From: Lachnospiraceae bacterium
GTDB lineage: Bacteria > Bacillota > Clostridia > Lachnospirales > Lachnospiraceae
NCBI GenBank assembly: GCA_022799755.1
Contig: JAAWOU010000005.1
Coordinates: forward strand, 6,878-70,877
DNA: 64,000 bases
Direction of reading: 5' to 3'
Positions within the stretch are counted from its first letter, which is position 1; every line of letters starts with the position of its first letter. A program made the position numbers and the translations under genes. Positions 1 through 8,712 of this stretch are shown piece after piece. The notes beneath the pieces are model-generated. The model was not told the origin of the DNA. It saw only the letters and a list, made by a program, of their open reading frames with translations, and made no database searches.

Positions 1-100
1 CATCCTGGCAGTCAGCGCCGGAATGTTTACGGCAGGAGGGATATTGTTGTGCCTCTCCTATCTCCTGTCCGCAAGGCTGTATGCCAGGCGGGAATTTTAG
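1..100 (+). CDS. 3' end of an ABC-2-type transporter permease (partial)
   Basis: Frame 2 reads ILAVSAGMFTAGGILLCLSYLLSARLYARREF*: a hydrophobic last helix plus a 'S.RLY..REF' tail typical of ABC-2 membrane proteins. Confidence 0.55.
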   Translation, partial: ILAVSAGMFTAGGILLCLSYLLSARLYARREF

Positions 101-153
101 CCCTCCCCTGTCTGGCCGGCAATGAACCCACACCCGGCTTCCCTAACTGTGGG

Positions 154-1590
154 TCACGGAGCTATCGCCTTTCCGATGGCCTGTAAAAGACTCTTGTCCG
201 CCTCCGTAGTGTCCTGGGTCAGTTCCCAGATCATGATGCCGCCCAGGTTTTCCACGGCATACAGTGTCTTTTGGGCGATCGTGTCCGGCCCATTATAATG
301 GACATCCATGCCGTTATAGGTGACCAGGTCCCCTTTATAGGCATCGGGCGCTGCCACCAGAATCGTTCCATAATCAGCCCAGCTGGGACGGGCATAGAAA
401 GGGACGCCCAGGACGATTTTATAGGAGGGAACACCGCGGGTCTCTTTCCAGTATATCCCACAGTCCACGGCAAACGAATAGGAAGAGTGCCTCTCACCGT
501 CCCCACCGTCATAGGCCATGACATTGATGAAATCCACGGCGTTCAACACGGCATTCGTGTGGGCGGCGGCATCATAATAGACATTGCCGTCAGCGGTGGC
601 TCCGCTGAGCACGGCTGCCGTCAGAAGCTTGCCCTGGGCGTGGAGTTCCTCCGCCAGCGCAAGCATCAGAGCCTCGTACTGCCTGGCGCTGCTGCCGTCT
701 ACCCTGGGGTGTTCCCAGTCCATATCCACACCGTCAAAGCCATATTCCTGGCACATGGACAGGATACTTTCCACAAAAAACGCCAGCCGGGCCTCGTCGG
801 CAGTGGCTTCCATAAATACATTTTCCAGCGGGGTATCATTGTAGCTCCAGCCGCCTACGGACAATAATGCCTTGGCGCCGTTGTCATGGGCGGAACGGAT
901 CAGCGCTCTGGCCGTGTCCGGGTTCTCCAGAGCCAGCAGCCCGCCCTCTGCCGTGGGAATGGCAAAAGCATAACAGACATGAGTCACGATGCCAAAGTCC
1001 ACAGACTGGAGACTGTCCGGCTTCCAACTGGGGTAGTATCCCACTACTTTGAAGTCCGTCACCTGAGTATCCTGAGGGATAGCGGCATTTACAGGAACAT
1101 TGTCCACACCCTCCGGCTGCACTGTCCCACCCTCCAGAATCCCCAGATTCTCCCACACATCACTGACGCCGGGAGTCTCTCCCTGGGTCCACCACTTAGC
1201 CCGGTACAGGCATCCCTGGTAATTCACGATATCGCTCCCGGTATAGACGGCTTCCCTGTCCCAGGAATTGGCCGCTGTATCCCGGTTATCCTGAGATATA
1301 TCCCCGGCCTCTGTATCTGCGGCGGCAGCGCTACTCTCCCGGTCTGCAGGGAGAGGGGTCTGGACATTCGTGAAATCGCCCTTGTCTCCCTGCGTTTCTT
1401 CCCCGCTGCCAGGAAAGGCGTCCTGTATGCCTGTATCCGCAGCCAGGAATCCGGCCGAGCTGTCTGCATCCGCGGCAGCAGGAAGACTTCCCGGATCCCG
1501 CAGGCTCACCCAGAGCCATATGGCAGCCGTCAGCAATACCCCCAGTACAAAGCCGAAAAGGATACAGATCAATCTCTGGCTTCGTTCCAT
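154..1590 (-). CDS. GH18 chitinase with N-terminal membrane anchor and CBM5/12 chitin-binding module
   Basis: GH18 motifs LSVGGW and FDGVDMDWEHP (DxxDxDxE). CBM5/12 motif YRAKWWTQGETPG. N-terminal hydrophobic helix followed by an acidic linker. Confidence 0.9.
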   Translation of the reverse strand: MERSQRLICILFGFVLGVLLTAAIWLWVSLRDPGSLPAAADADSSAGFLAADTGIQDAFPGSGEETQGDKGDFTNVQTPLPADRESSAAAADTEAGDISQDNRDTAANSWDREAVYTGSDIVNYQGCLYRAKWWTQGETPGVSDVWENLGILEGGTVQPEGVDNVPVNAAIPQDTQVTDFKVVGYYPSWKPDSLQSVDFGIVTHVCYAFAIPTAEGGLLALENPDTARALIRSAHDNGAKALLSVGGWSYNDTPLENVFMEATADEARLAFFVESILSMCQEYGFDGVDMDWEHPRVDGSSARQYEALMLALAEELHAQGKLLTAAVLSGATADGNVYYDAAAHTNAVLNAVDFINVMAYDGGDGERHSSYSFAVDCGIYWKETRGVPSYKIVLGVPFYARPSWADYGTILVAAPDAYKGDLVTYNGMDVHYNGPDTIAQKTLYAVENLGGIMIWELTQDTTEADKSLLQAIGKAIAP

Positions 1591-1739
1591 AACATCATCT
1601 CCTGTCTCTTCCTGAAAGCATGTCCGAAAAGTATTCCCAGAACTCTTTCTGTAAAAAAATGCTTATAAGAAATTTTTTGCAGTAGTTTCTTCTTTAAAAC
1701 AACTTGTATCCTTGCAGCTTATTTACACAGATACACAAT

Positions 1740-2513
1740 TTAGGAAATGGAGTAAAAATACTGCATGCCCCTATCCGTCCTCACAGCTCCCACGGCCACG
1801 CCATAGAGTCTCTCCGCCACATTTTGCTCCAGCATTTCCTCCGGCGTGCCGCTCCAGAAGATTTTCCCCTCTGCCACGGCGGCAATCCAGTGGGAAATCT
1901 TCAGGGCCAGCAGGATGTCGTGAAGCACCAGGACAATTGTCTTGCCCTCCTTTGCCAGCTGCCGGACGATTCCCGCCAACTTCACCTGCTGCCCGATGTC
2001 CAGGTAGGTGGTGGGCTCATCCATGACGATGACTGGGGACTCCTGGGCTAAAGCCATGGCAAGGTACACTTTCTGCCGCATGCCGCCGGACAGCCGGGAC
2101 ATCTGCATCCCCGCCAGGTCCTCTACGCCCATCTGCCGCATGGCTTCTCTGGCTATCTGAAAATCCGACTCCTTGTATCTCCTGGGATAGTTCAGATAGG
2201 GGAAGCGCCCGTGAAGAACCATGCGGTCTGCGGAGATGTCGGGCACGTTCTTTCCCTGGGGGAGGTAGGCAATGTTTCTGGCCAGCTCTGCCCGGGACAT
2301 ATTTTCTGTCGAAATTCCGTCAATCTTTACATTCCCTGCCGAAATGGGCAGAAATCCCAGGAGCGTGCGCAGCAAGGTGCTCTTCCCGCTGCCGTTGGTT
2401 CCGATAATCGTGGTGATTTCGCCCTGCTTTGCTTTGAAGTCCACGCCGTGCAGAACCTCCGTTTTCCCGTATCCGGCCCGGACCTGCTCCAGTTCAATCA
2501 TTGCGCCCTCCAT
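1740..2513 (-). CDS. Iron-siderophore/cobalamin-type ABC transporter ATP-binding protein (FecE/BtuD family)
   Basis: Walker A GTNGSGKST, signature LSGGMRQ, Walker B VMDEPTTYLD, LHD, and GRFPY typical of FepC/FecE. Confidence 0.9.
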   Translation of the reverse strand: MEGAMIELEQVRAGYGKTEVLHGVDFKAKQGEITTIIGTNGSGKSTLLRTLLGFLPISAGNVKIDGISTENMSRAELARNIAYLPQGKNVPDISADRMVLHGRFPYLNYPRRYKESDFQIAREAMRQMGVEDLAGMQMSRLSGGMRQKVYLAMALAQESPVIVMDEPTTYLDIGQQVKLAGIVRQLAKEGKTIVLVLHDILLALKISHWIAAVAEGKIFWSGTPEEMLEQNVAERLYGVAVGAVRTDRGMQYFYSIS

Positions 2514-2560
2514 CCGGGAACTGCCCGATTTGCTTCCGTTTCCATTGCACCCTTGTTTCT

Positions 2561-2753
2561 AGTCACCCCCACTTCAAGTGGGATGCCAGAGGCCCCCCAG
2601 GGAGCCTTTGATACTTGCGCGCCTGAACGGCTGGGGCGCAAGCCCTTTTACTGGCTACCGCTAAAAAGCGGCTCATTCACTATCTTCTTTTCCTGACTCT
2701 TCTGACTGTTCCGCTATATACTTCTTAATCGGTTCTTCTGTCAGATTGCCACA
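2561..2753 (-). mobile_element. IS200/IS605-family remnant: 3' tail of tnpA plus right-end hairpins
   Basis: Minus strand translates CGNLTEEPIKKYIAEQSEESGKEDSE*, the TnpA C-terminal helix with catalytic Tyr (IKKYI.EQ). It is followed by hairpins CCGCT-TTTT-AGCGG, CTTGCGC..GCGCAAG and CCCAC-TTGAA-GTGGG. Confidence 0.7.
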
Positions 2754-2795
2754 TCTTCCATTATATAGCATGTTATCATAAAAATCACCAATTTC

Positions 2796-3062
2796 TTATA
2801 ACTCTTTCGGCGTAAACGACACTTTCCAAAGCCCCTTATAGGAAGTATCTTTCACCAGCCCCGCCTTGTACCCGTCAATGAACATCTCCGCATTCCTCAC
2901 CGCCAGGGTCTCCGCACCAAAATAATCCATACTGATCTTCTCCCTCTGCTTAAACCCCGTAAACAGCTCCAGCCATTTTGCCGATACGGAAAAGGAAACC
3001 GCCATACGCGCCACTCCCCAGCCGCACCACATCCCGCTGGGTAGTCTCGCCATGTAGTTCAC
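2796..3062 (-). CDS. Hypothetical protein or gene fragment
   Basis: 88-aa ORF. Only the C-terminal half looks protein-like and no family was recognised. Confidence 0.25.
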   Translation of the reverse strand: MNYMARLPSGMWCGWGVARMAVSFSVSAKWLELFTGFKQREKISMDYFGAETLAVRNAEMFIDGYKAGLVKDTSYKGLWKVSFTPKEL

Positions 3063-3092
3063 GGCCTCTGCCGCCTATGTAAATTTTACCCT

Positions 3093-3138
3093 GTATGTAA
3101 TACATACGCTTGCTTTCAGCATACAATAGTGCTATAAT
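3093..3138 (+). promoter_or_regulatory. Sigma-A promoter and probable operator of the toxin-antitoxin operon
   Basis: TTGCTT(3110-3115)-17 bp-TATAAT(3133-3138) with extended -10 TG. Perfect inverted repeat GTATGTA-a-TACATAC at 3093-3107. Confidence 0.65.
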
Positions 3139-3171
3139 AATCATAACCTAAATCCGAAAGGAGAGATATCT

Positions 3172-3441
3172 ATGGCACTGGCAACCTTAACCGCAAGGGT
3201 AGACGAAAAAGACAAGGCCCGCTTTGACACTTTCTGCTCCAATGTTGGCCTAAATACTTCTACTGCAATCAATCTTTTTGTGAAAGCAGTTTTACGCGAA
3301 AACCGCATCCCATTTGAGATCGCCCAGACCACCGACCCTTTCTTCTCCGAGGCGAACATGGCCTATGTGAACAAATCCGTCCAGGAGCTGAGAGCCGGGA
3401 AAGGCACCGCCCATGAACTGATTGAGGTAGACGATGAGTGA
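3172..3441 (+). CDS. Type II antitoxin, RelB/DinJ family
   Basis: RVDEKDK...VGLNTSTAINLFVKAVLRENRIPFEI ribbon-helix-helix pattern. Overlaps the toxin start. Confidence 0.9.
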   Translation: MALATLTARVDEKDKARFDTFCSNVGLNTSTAINLFVKAVLRENRIPFEIAQTTDPFFSEANMAYVNKSVQELRAGKGTAHELIEVDDE

Positions 3442-3703
3442 AAAAATATGGTCGGACGATGCCTGGGAGGACTACCTCTACTGGCAGACGCAAGATAAAA
3501 AAACGCTAAAGCGGATCAACCAGCTCGTTCGGGATATCGAGCGGAATGGCTGTATGAAAGGAATCGGAAAGCCCGAACCCCTCTCCGGCGACCTGCAGGG
3601 CGAATACAGCCGCCGAATCAACGAAAAAGACCGCCTCGTCTACCATATGGAAAACGGGCGGCTCTACATCGCCCACTGCCGAGGCCACTACGGAGATAAA
3701 TAA
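3434..3703 (+). CDS. yoeB: Type II toxin, Txe/YoeB family mRNA interferase
   Basis: AWEDYLYWQTQDKK, GIGKPEPL, SRRINEKDRLVY, CRGHY. Confidence 0.92.
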   Translation: MSEKIWSDDAWEDYLYWQTQDKKTLKRINQLVRDIERNGCMKGIGKPEPLSGDLQGEYSRRINEKDRLVYHMENGRLYIAHCRGHYGDK

Positions 3704-3848
3704 TCCCAACCAATCCCCGCCTGTATCCAAGACGGGGATTTATCCCTCAATCCAAAACCGTCAGAGACTATCAAATTATCTCCCCTGAAAATATATCCAC
3801 ACCTTTTAGAAAAAGCATGTATTTTCAATATAAGCTCATCGTAAAGCA

Positions 3849-3939
3849 GCATCCCTGCCAACGTAAGCACCGGGGGAAGCCCCACCTGCTTCCCCACCAG
3901 TTTCGGTTCAATGATATTCCTGATCACTGTTATCACAAG
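3849..3939 (-). pseudogene. Fragment of YtvI / AI-2E family membrane protein
   Basis: LVITVIRNIIEPKLVGKQVGLPPVLTLAGML matches the conserved AI-2E/YtvI 'EPK..G..LGL.P' segment. The flanks are unrelated. Confidence 0.65.
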
Positions 3940-4054
3940 ATTACTCCGCCATCTTAAAATCACCATGCAACGCAGCAAATATCCCCCACGGTATCAGCAC
4001 GCTTCCTGTACCCAGAGTACACATGAAACCATGGTCTTTCCATCCAGCCCCTCC

Positions 4055-5425
4055 TTAGTATCCATACCTCTTTCTGAATTTCACAAACATGGAAAACGAC
4101 AAAACAAGAGCCATCAGTTCCGCTGCCGGCGTTGCCAGCCAGATTCCGTTCACGCCAAGAAGCAAAGGAAGCACGATCATGGTAATCAGCATAAATACAA
4201 ACGATCTGGAAAATGCAAGGACAGCCGAAACAATCCCGTTGGATAACGCGGTAAACATTCCGCTGGCAAAAATATTGAATCCGATAAAGAGCAATGCTAC
4301 CGTGCATATCCTGTTTCCCGTTACCGCCAGATCATACACCGGATTATCCGGCCGGGCAAATACGGATACCAGCGGCCTTGTCAGCATAAAGGAAAACACA
4401 ACCGTGACCACGGAGATCACTGCGATCACTTTCATGCTCAACGCAACCAGCTTTTTTAATTTTTCATGGGTTTGAATATTCCCTTCATTCAAACTGCACT
4501 CCCCATAATAAAAACTCAGCATGGGAGCAACCCCATAAGAATACCCTGTATACAAAGAACTTACAAACATCAGCACATACATGATGATGGTAACAGCGGC
4601 AACCCCGTCTTCCCCGACAAACGCAAGCATCGTCCAGTTGAACATCATTGTGATAATACCGGTAACGAGCGCAGTCGCCATCTCAGAGCATCCGTTTGTA
4701 GCCGCACCCGCAAGAACCCTGAATCGGAATACTGGTTTCTTAAAATGCAGCAGGCTCTTTTTCCGGCTGAAAACAAACAGGCCAACAACCGCTGTCACAG
4801 AATATCCAAGCCCTGTCGCTATCGCCGCGCCACTAATCCCCATATCAAATCCGGCAATAAGCACATAATCAAGCACCATATTCAAAACACCGCCCGTCAC
4901 TGAACAGATCAGGGAAAGGTTCGCTTTTTCGCTGGCGATCATATAAAGCGTAAAATTGTTCATCAAAAGAATAGGCACCGTAAACACCAGATAACGGCTC
5001 AAATATTCCACACAATACCTTTCTACATCAGCAGAAAGGTTCATACCGGCAAAAATATGATTCATTGCCAGATACCCGACCGCGCACATGACAATCCCCA
5101 CAATGACATTTACCAAAATCAGAAATGTAAAATCTTCCTTTGCCTCATCTGTTTTCTGCTCACCCATCTTTTTCATGATGACAGCGCTGCCTCCGGTGGC
5201 AAGCATGGTAGAAATCGCTGTGACAAGCTGGATAATCGGCGCTGTGAGATTGATTGCCGAAAGCGCATCCGTACCGATCAGATTCGATACAAACAAACCG
5301 TCAACCATTGTATAAAAGGACATAAACACCGTCATAGCAATCGTTGGCACGGCAAATTTCAAAATGTTTTTCAGTGTCACAGGTTTTTCGTATGCATTTG
5401 AGTTTTCCATATATTTTTCCTCCAA
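4055..5425 (-). CDS. MATE family efflux transporter (MepA-like)
   Basis: YTMVDGLFVS, LNMVLDYV..GISGAAIAT and GVNGIWLATP, with about 12 hydrophobic segments. Confidence 0.92.
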   Translation of the reverse strand: MEEKYMENSNAYEKPVTLKNILKFAVPTIAMTVFMSFYTMVDGLFVSNLIGTDALSAINLTAPIIQLVTAISTMLATGGSAVIMKKMGEQKTDEAKEDFTFLILVNVIVGIVMCAVGYLAMNHIFAGMNLSADVERYCVEYLSRYLVFTVPILLMNNFTLYMIASEKANLSLICSVTGGVLNMVLDYVLIAGFDMGISGAAIATGLGYSVTAVVGLFVFSRKKSLLHFKKPVFRFRVLAGAATNGCSEMATALVTGIITMMFNWTMLAFVGEDGVAAVTIIMYVLMFVSSLYTGYSYGVAPMLSFYYGECSLNEGNIQTHEKLKKLVALSMKVIAVISVVTVVFSFMLTRPLVSVFARPDNPVYDLAVTGNRICTVALLFIGFNIFASGMFTALSNGIVSAVLAFSRSFVFMLITMIVLPLLLGVNGIWLATPAAELMALVLSFSMFVKFRKRYGY

Positions 5426-5454
5426 TCACCTTGTATTTTCTTCCTGTATACAGT

Positions 5455-5485
5455 ATCATAGACCGTACAGTAACAGTACGGTCAA
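5455..5485 (-). promoter_or_regulatory. MerR-type promoter/operator for the MATE gene
   Basis: Minus strand TTGACC-19 bp-TATGAT. The dyad GACCGTAC-N7-GTACGGTC (5461-5483) spans the long spacer. Confidence 0.85.
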
Positions 5486-5530
5486 TAGCAAATTGAAAAA
5501 AATTCTATTATTTCAACAGGAGACAGAAAA

Positions 5531-6346
5531 ATGAGCAAAAACCAATCGCTTACCATCGGACAATTCGCCGCACTCCATGGCATAAACAAAAAAACACTGA
5601 TGTGGTATGATGAGATCGGCCTGTTCCGGCCTGCCTCTATCAACCCTGAAAACGGATACCGCTGCTATAATTACCACCAGAGCCCCATACTGGAAACCAT
5701 TCTGCTGCTCCGGGAGCTGGAAGTCCCCATCCCAGTCATACAGGATTTCATGAAGAACCGCTCCGCCGAAAACCTGAAAGGCCTTCTGGACGAAAAGATC
5801 GCTGACCTTGACCTGCGGATCTCCCATCTGCAGGCAGTCCGGACAACCCTCTGCACACACCGCCAGAATATGTCTACCCTGCTGACAATGGATCTTTCCG
5901 AAATCAATATAATAGAGAAAAGAAAACGATGCCTGGTCACAGTAGATGTCAGCGAAGACATTACCTTTGAAGACGAAGTCGAGCTCATCACGGCCGAAAC
6001 AGAAAAATACCATCTCGGACGCCTGCATCATGCTACCTATGGCTCCATGATCCCCGTTTCCAGCCTCCTTAGCGGCAATTATGATGATTATTCCAAACTG
6101 TTTATAGAGATTCCCCTGCTCACATACCAGGCCGGACTGCATATGGCTCCCAGCGGTAAATACTTAAGAGCTTTCCACAAAGGATACTGGGATAAAATAC
6201 CAAAGCGGTATGAAGAAATATTTGCATTTGCAAAAAAACATAATCTGACGCTACATGGATTTTCCTATGAAATGGGAATCAACGAAAATGTCATTGACCG
6301 GATTGAAGATTACATTGTACAGATTGAAATTCCTGTTCTCGGCTAA
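5531..6346 (+). CDS. MerR family regulator with GyrI-like effector domain (BltR/BmrR-like)
   Basis: TIGQFAALHGINKKTLMWYDEIGLF..NGYRCY HTH and a C-terminal YLRAFHKG..YE domain. Divergent from the MATE gene. Confidence 0.92.
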   Translation: MSKNQSLTIGQFAALHGINKKTLMWYDEIGLFRPASINPENGYRCYNYHQSPILETILLLRELEVPIPVIQDFMKNRSAENLKGLLDEKIADLDLRISHLQAVRTTLCTHRQNMSTLLTMDLSEINIIEKRKRCLVTVDVSEDITFEDEVELITAETEKYHLGRLHHATYGSMIPVSSLLSGNYDDYSKLFIEIPLLTYQAGLHMAPSGKYLRAFHKGYWDKIPKRYEEIFAFAKKHNLTLHGFSYEMGINENVIDRIEDYIVQIEIPVLG

Positions 6347-6378
6347 AAATCTATCCCCTCAGCCATTATCAAAACAAA

Positions 6379-6425
6379 GTTACGGTATGGCAATCTCTTA
6401 TTGAGAACAATAGCCATACCGCAAC
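6379..6425. terminator. Stem-loop between the convergent MerR and permease genes
   Basis: GTTACGGTATGGC...GCCATACCGCAAC inverted repeat. Confidence 0.45.
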
Positions 6426-6505
6426 ACATTTCATCACTTTTTTATTCTCGCGTTTTCCGTTGGTAAGTTACAGGACTTTTACAGTAAACCTCCTGCAAAA
6501 CATGT

Positions 6506-7567
6506 TCACCCAAAATGCCCACCCTTACGACAGACCAGCATATACAGAAACACCGGCCCCCCAATCACTGACATCAGTATCCCCACCGGCAGCTCATAGG
6601 GCGCGAACGCCAGTCTGGCCACCATGTCGCAGAGGGTCACAAACCCCGCGCCGGACAGGGCGCACAAAGGCAATAGCCTGCCGCTCTCATTTCCCGTAAA
6701 CCGCCTGACGAAATGGGGCACAATCAGGCCGATGAACCCCAAAAGCCCCGCAAAGCTCACCGCCGCCCCGGCCAGCATGGCAGCCAGCACCAGAAAGACC
6801 ATCCGATATTTCCCCACTGCCAGGCCCACGCCCCGGGCTGTCTCGTCCCCCAGCGTCACCACGTCCAGCTCATTGCAAAGCGTAAACAGGACGGCCAGCG
6901 CCGCCAGAATCAGGCACACGGCGGGGAGCAGACGCGTGTAGGACACCGCAGAAAACCCACCCACCCGGAAGTCAATGCTCAGCATGGCCAAATCCGTATC
7001 CAGCACAGTCACGGACTCGCAGACAGCGTTCAGAATACTGTTCAGCGCCACGCCCCCTAAAATCACCGTGGTCTTAGAGGCATTGGTACGGCGGGAAAAG
7101 AGAAAGATGCACAAAACAGTAATCAGGCTGCCGCCGAAAGCCGCGCAGGACACCCCCAGGCCGGACAGGATTCCTGCGGCACAGGCAAGGGTTACCCCCA
7201 GGCCCGCACCGGCATTGACCCCGATGATGCCTGGGGAGGCCAGCCGGTTGGCCAGCACATTCTGCAGCACCGCCCCGGACACCGCCAGGGCTGCCCCGGC
7301 TGCCAGTGCCGCAAGGGTACGCGGAATCCTGGCATACAGCAAAATGCTGCGGCTCACCCTGTCCCCGGTTCCCTGGAGAAGCCCTATCAGCTGTATGGGC
7401 GAAAAACGGATATTCCCCAGGCACAGACTAAACAAGGCGATTACCACACAGGCCCCAGCCCCGCCCCAGAGGCATAGCCGCCATTTATGCTTTTCCCCGT
7501 CCCTGCCCGGGCCTTTGTTTCCCGTCATTTTGCTCCCTCTCCCTGAAAATGCCCCATCGCCTCCCAA
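6506..7567 (-). CDS. FecCD/BtuC family ABC transporter permease
   Basis: ARIPRTL, NRLASPGIIGVNAGA, LGDETARGVG, FIGLIVPH and ELPVGI. The true start may be slightly downstream (MTGNK). Confidence 0.92.
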   Translation of the reverse strand: MGGDGAFSGRGSKMTGNKGPGRDGEKHKWRLCLWGGAGACVVIALFSLCLGNIRFSPIQLIGLLQGTGDRVSRSILLYARIPRTLAALAAGAALAVSGAVLQNVLANRLASPGIIGVNAGAGLGVTLACAAGILSGLGVSCAAFGGSLITVLCIFLFSRRTNASKTTVILGGVALNSILNAVCESVTVLDTDLAMLSIDFRVGGFSAVSYTRLLPAVCLILAALAVLFTLCNELDVVTLGDETARGVGLAVGKYRMVFLVLAAMLAGAAVSFAGLLGFIGLIVPHFVRRFTGNESGRLLPLCALSGAGFVTLCDMVARLAFAPYELPVGILMSVIGGPVFLYMLVCRKGGHFG

Positions 7568-7635
7568 TCCTCAATTGCCGCCTCTTAAGCCGCATCCTCA
7601 CGCAAGCTCCCGTCGACTCCGACAAAATCGTCGGA

Positions 7636-8574
7636 CTACTCTCCGTACAAAATCTCCCCCAGCTTCTCCACGGCCTCCGCCCAACGGGCATTGGGCTTTA
7701 GATTGTAGAGATGCTTGTCCAGGATGTATACCTCCCCGTTCTTCACCGCGTCCATCTCGTTCCAGAGGGGATTCTCCCGGAACATGGTTTCCACGTTCTC
7801 CCGGGTTCCCTCTATGTCGTCCCCGGACTGCACGATCAGGATTTTATCCGGATTCAGCAGCAGGATGCTCTCCAGGCTCAGGTTCTCCAGGAGGCTGTCG
7901 TCCGTGTCCGCAATGTTCACGCAGCCAAAGCTCTCCAGCATCTCCCCCAGCACGTTCCCCTCGTTTCCCTTGGCCCGAATGCTGGTGGCGGAGGCCCGCA
8001 GGAACAGCACGGTCTTCGGTTCTTCTGTTTTATGTTTTTCTAATATTTCGTTAACTTTAATTTGTATATCCGTTCCGTACTGTTCATATCTCTCCGGCTG
8101 TCCTGTGATGTCCGTGCAGATTTTCAGCACACGCAGATAATCCTCGAAGCATGCCACGTCAAAATAGGCCACCGTGATTCCGGCTCCCTCCAGGGACTGC
8201 TGCCACTCCAGATGCTGCTGGGTATTGGTGCTGGCCAGCACGAAATCCGGGTCTGCCCCCAGGAGCAGCTCCAGGCTGAGCTTCTTCGTCTCCCCCAGGT
8301 TCACTGTCTCCTCCGGCAGCCCCAGGTCGAAATCGTCAAAAGCGTCCTCCGGCGCAGCGCAGACATTTCCCCCGGCCAGTACCCACATGTCCGCGTAGCT
8401 GCCCAGCAGCGATGCCACCCGCTCAGGGGAGTCCACGGTGACCTCACGGCCTAGGTCATCCGTGAATGTATATGCGCCGTCCCGGTTCTCTTCTGCACCC
8501 GGCACCTGGCCGCAACCAGCCAGGCTATATATCACCCAGACCGCTGCCACATATACAATCCATCTCTTTTTCAT
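7636..8574 (-). CDS. ABC substrate-binding lipoprotein (class III, BtuF/FhuD-like)
   Basis: Lipobox LAGC, FTDDLGREVTV..PERVASL, E.LL...PD repeated twice, AVKNGEVY. Confidence 0.9.
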   Translation of the reverse strand: MKKRWIVYVAAVWVIYSLAGCGQVPGAEENRDGAYTFTDDLGREVTVDSPERVASLLGSYADMWVLAGGNVCAAPEDAFDDFDLGLPEETVNLGETKKLSLELLLGADPDFVLASTNTQQHLEWQQSLEGAGITVAYFDVACFEDYLRVLKICTDITGQPERYEQYGTDIQIKVNEILEKHKTEEPKTVLFLRASATSIRAKGNEGNVLGEMLESFGCVNIADTDDSLLENLSLESILLLNPDKILIVQSGDDIEGTRENVETMFRENPLWNEMDAVKNGEVYILDKHLYNLKPNARWAEAVEKLGEILYGE

Positions 8575-8712
8575 ATTCCACCTCTTAAAGTCCTCCCTAC
8601 AGCAAAGCCGCCAGGTGTGTGCCCAGGCCTCTCCTCACTGGCATGCATTCGTCACATGACAGAGCTGCAAAGAATTCCACCCGGGCAGCTGACAAGACCA
8701 ATCATCCAGGCA

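Noticed and set aside
2493-2555. Overlapping frame ending ...GGRND* as the remnant of a second permease
   Set aside because: An RBS followed by ATGATTGA yields this by chance, and no hydrophobic permease sequence remains.
2561-2680. Structured region considered as 6S RNA or an IscB/TnpB guide RNA
   Set aside because: The directly upstream frame encodes a TnpA C-terminus and no tnpB/iscB is nearby, so an IS200 right end explains it better.
8575-8712. Possible cobalamin riboswitch upstream of the ABC binding protein
   Set aside because: No B12-box or conserved riboswitch core is recognisable, and the gap is short.
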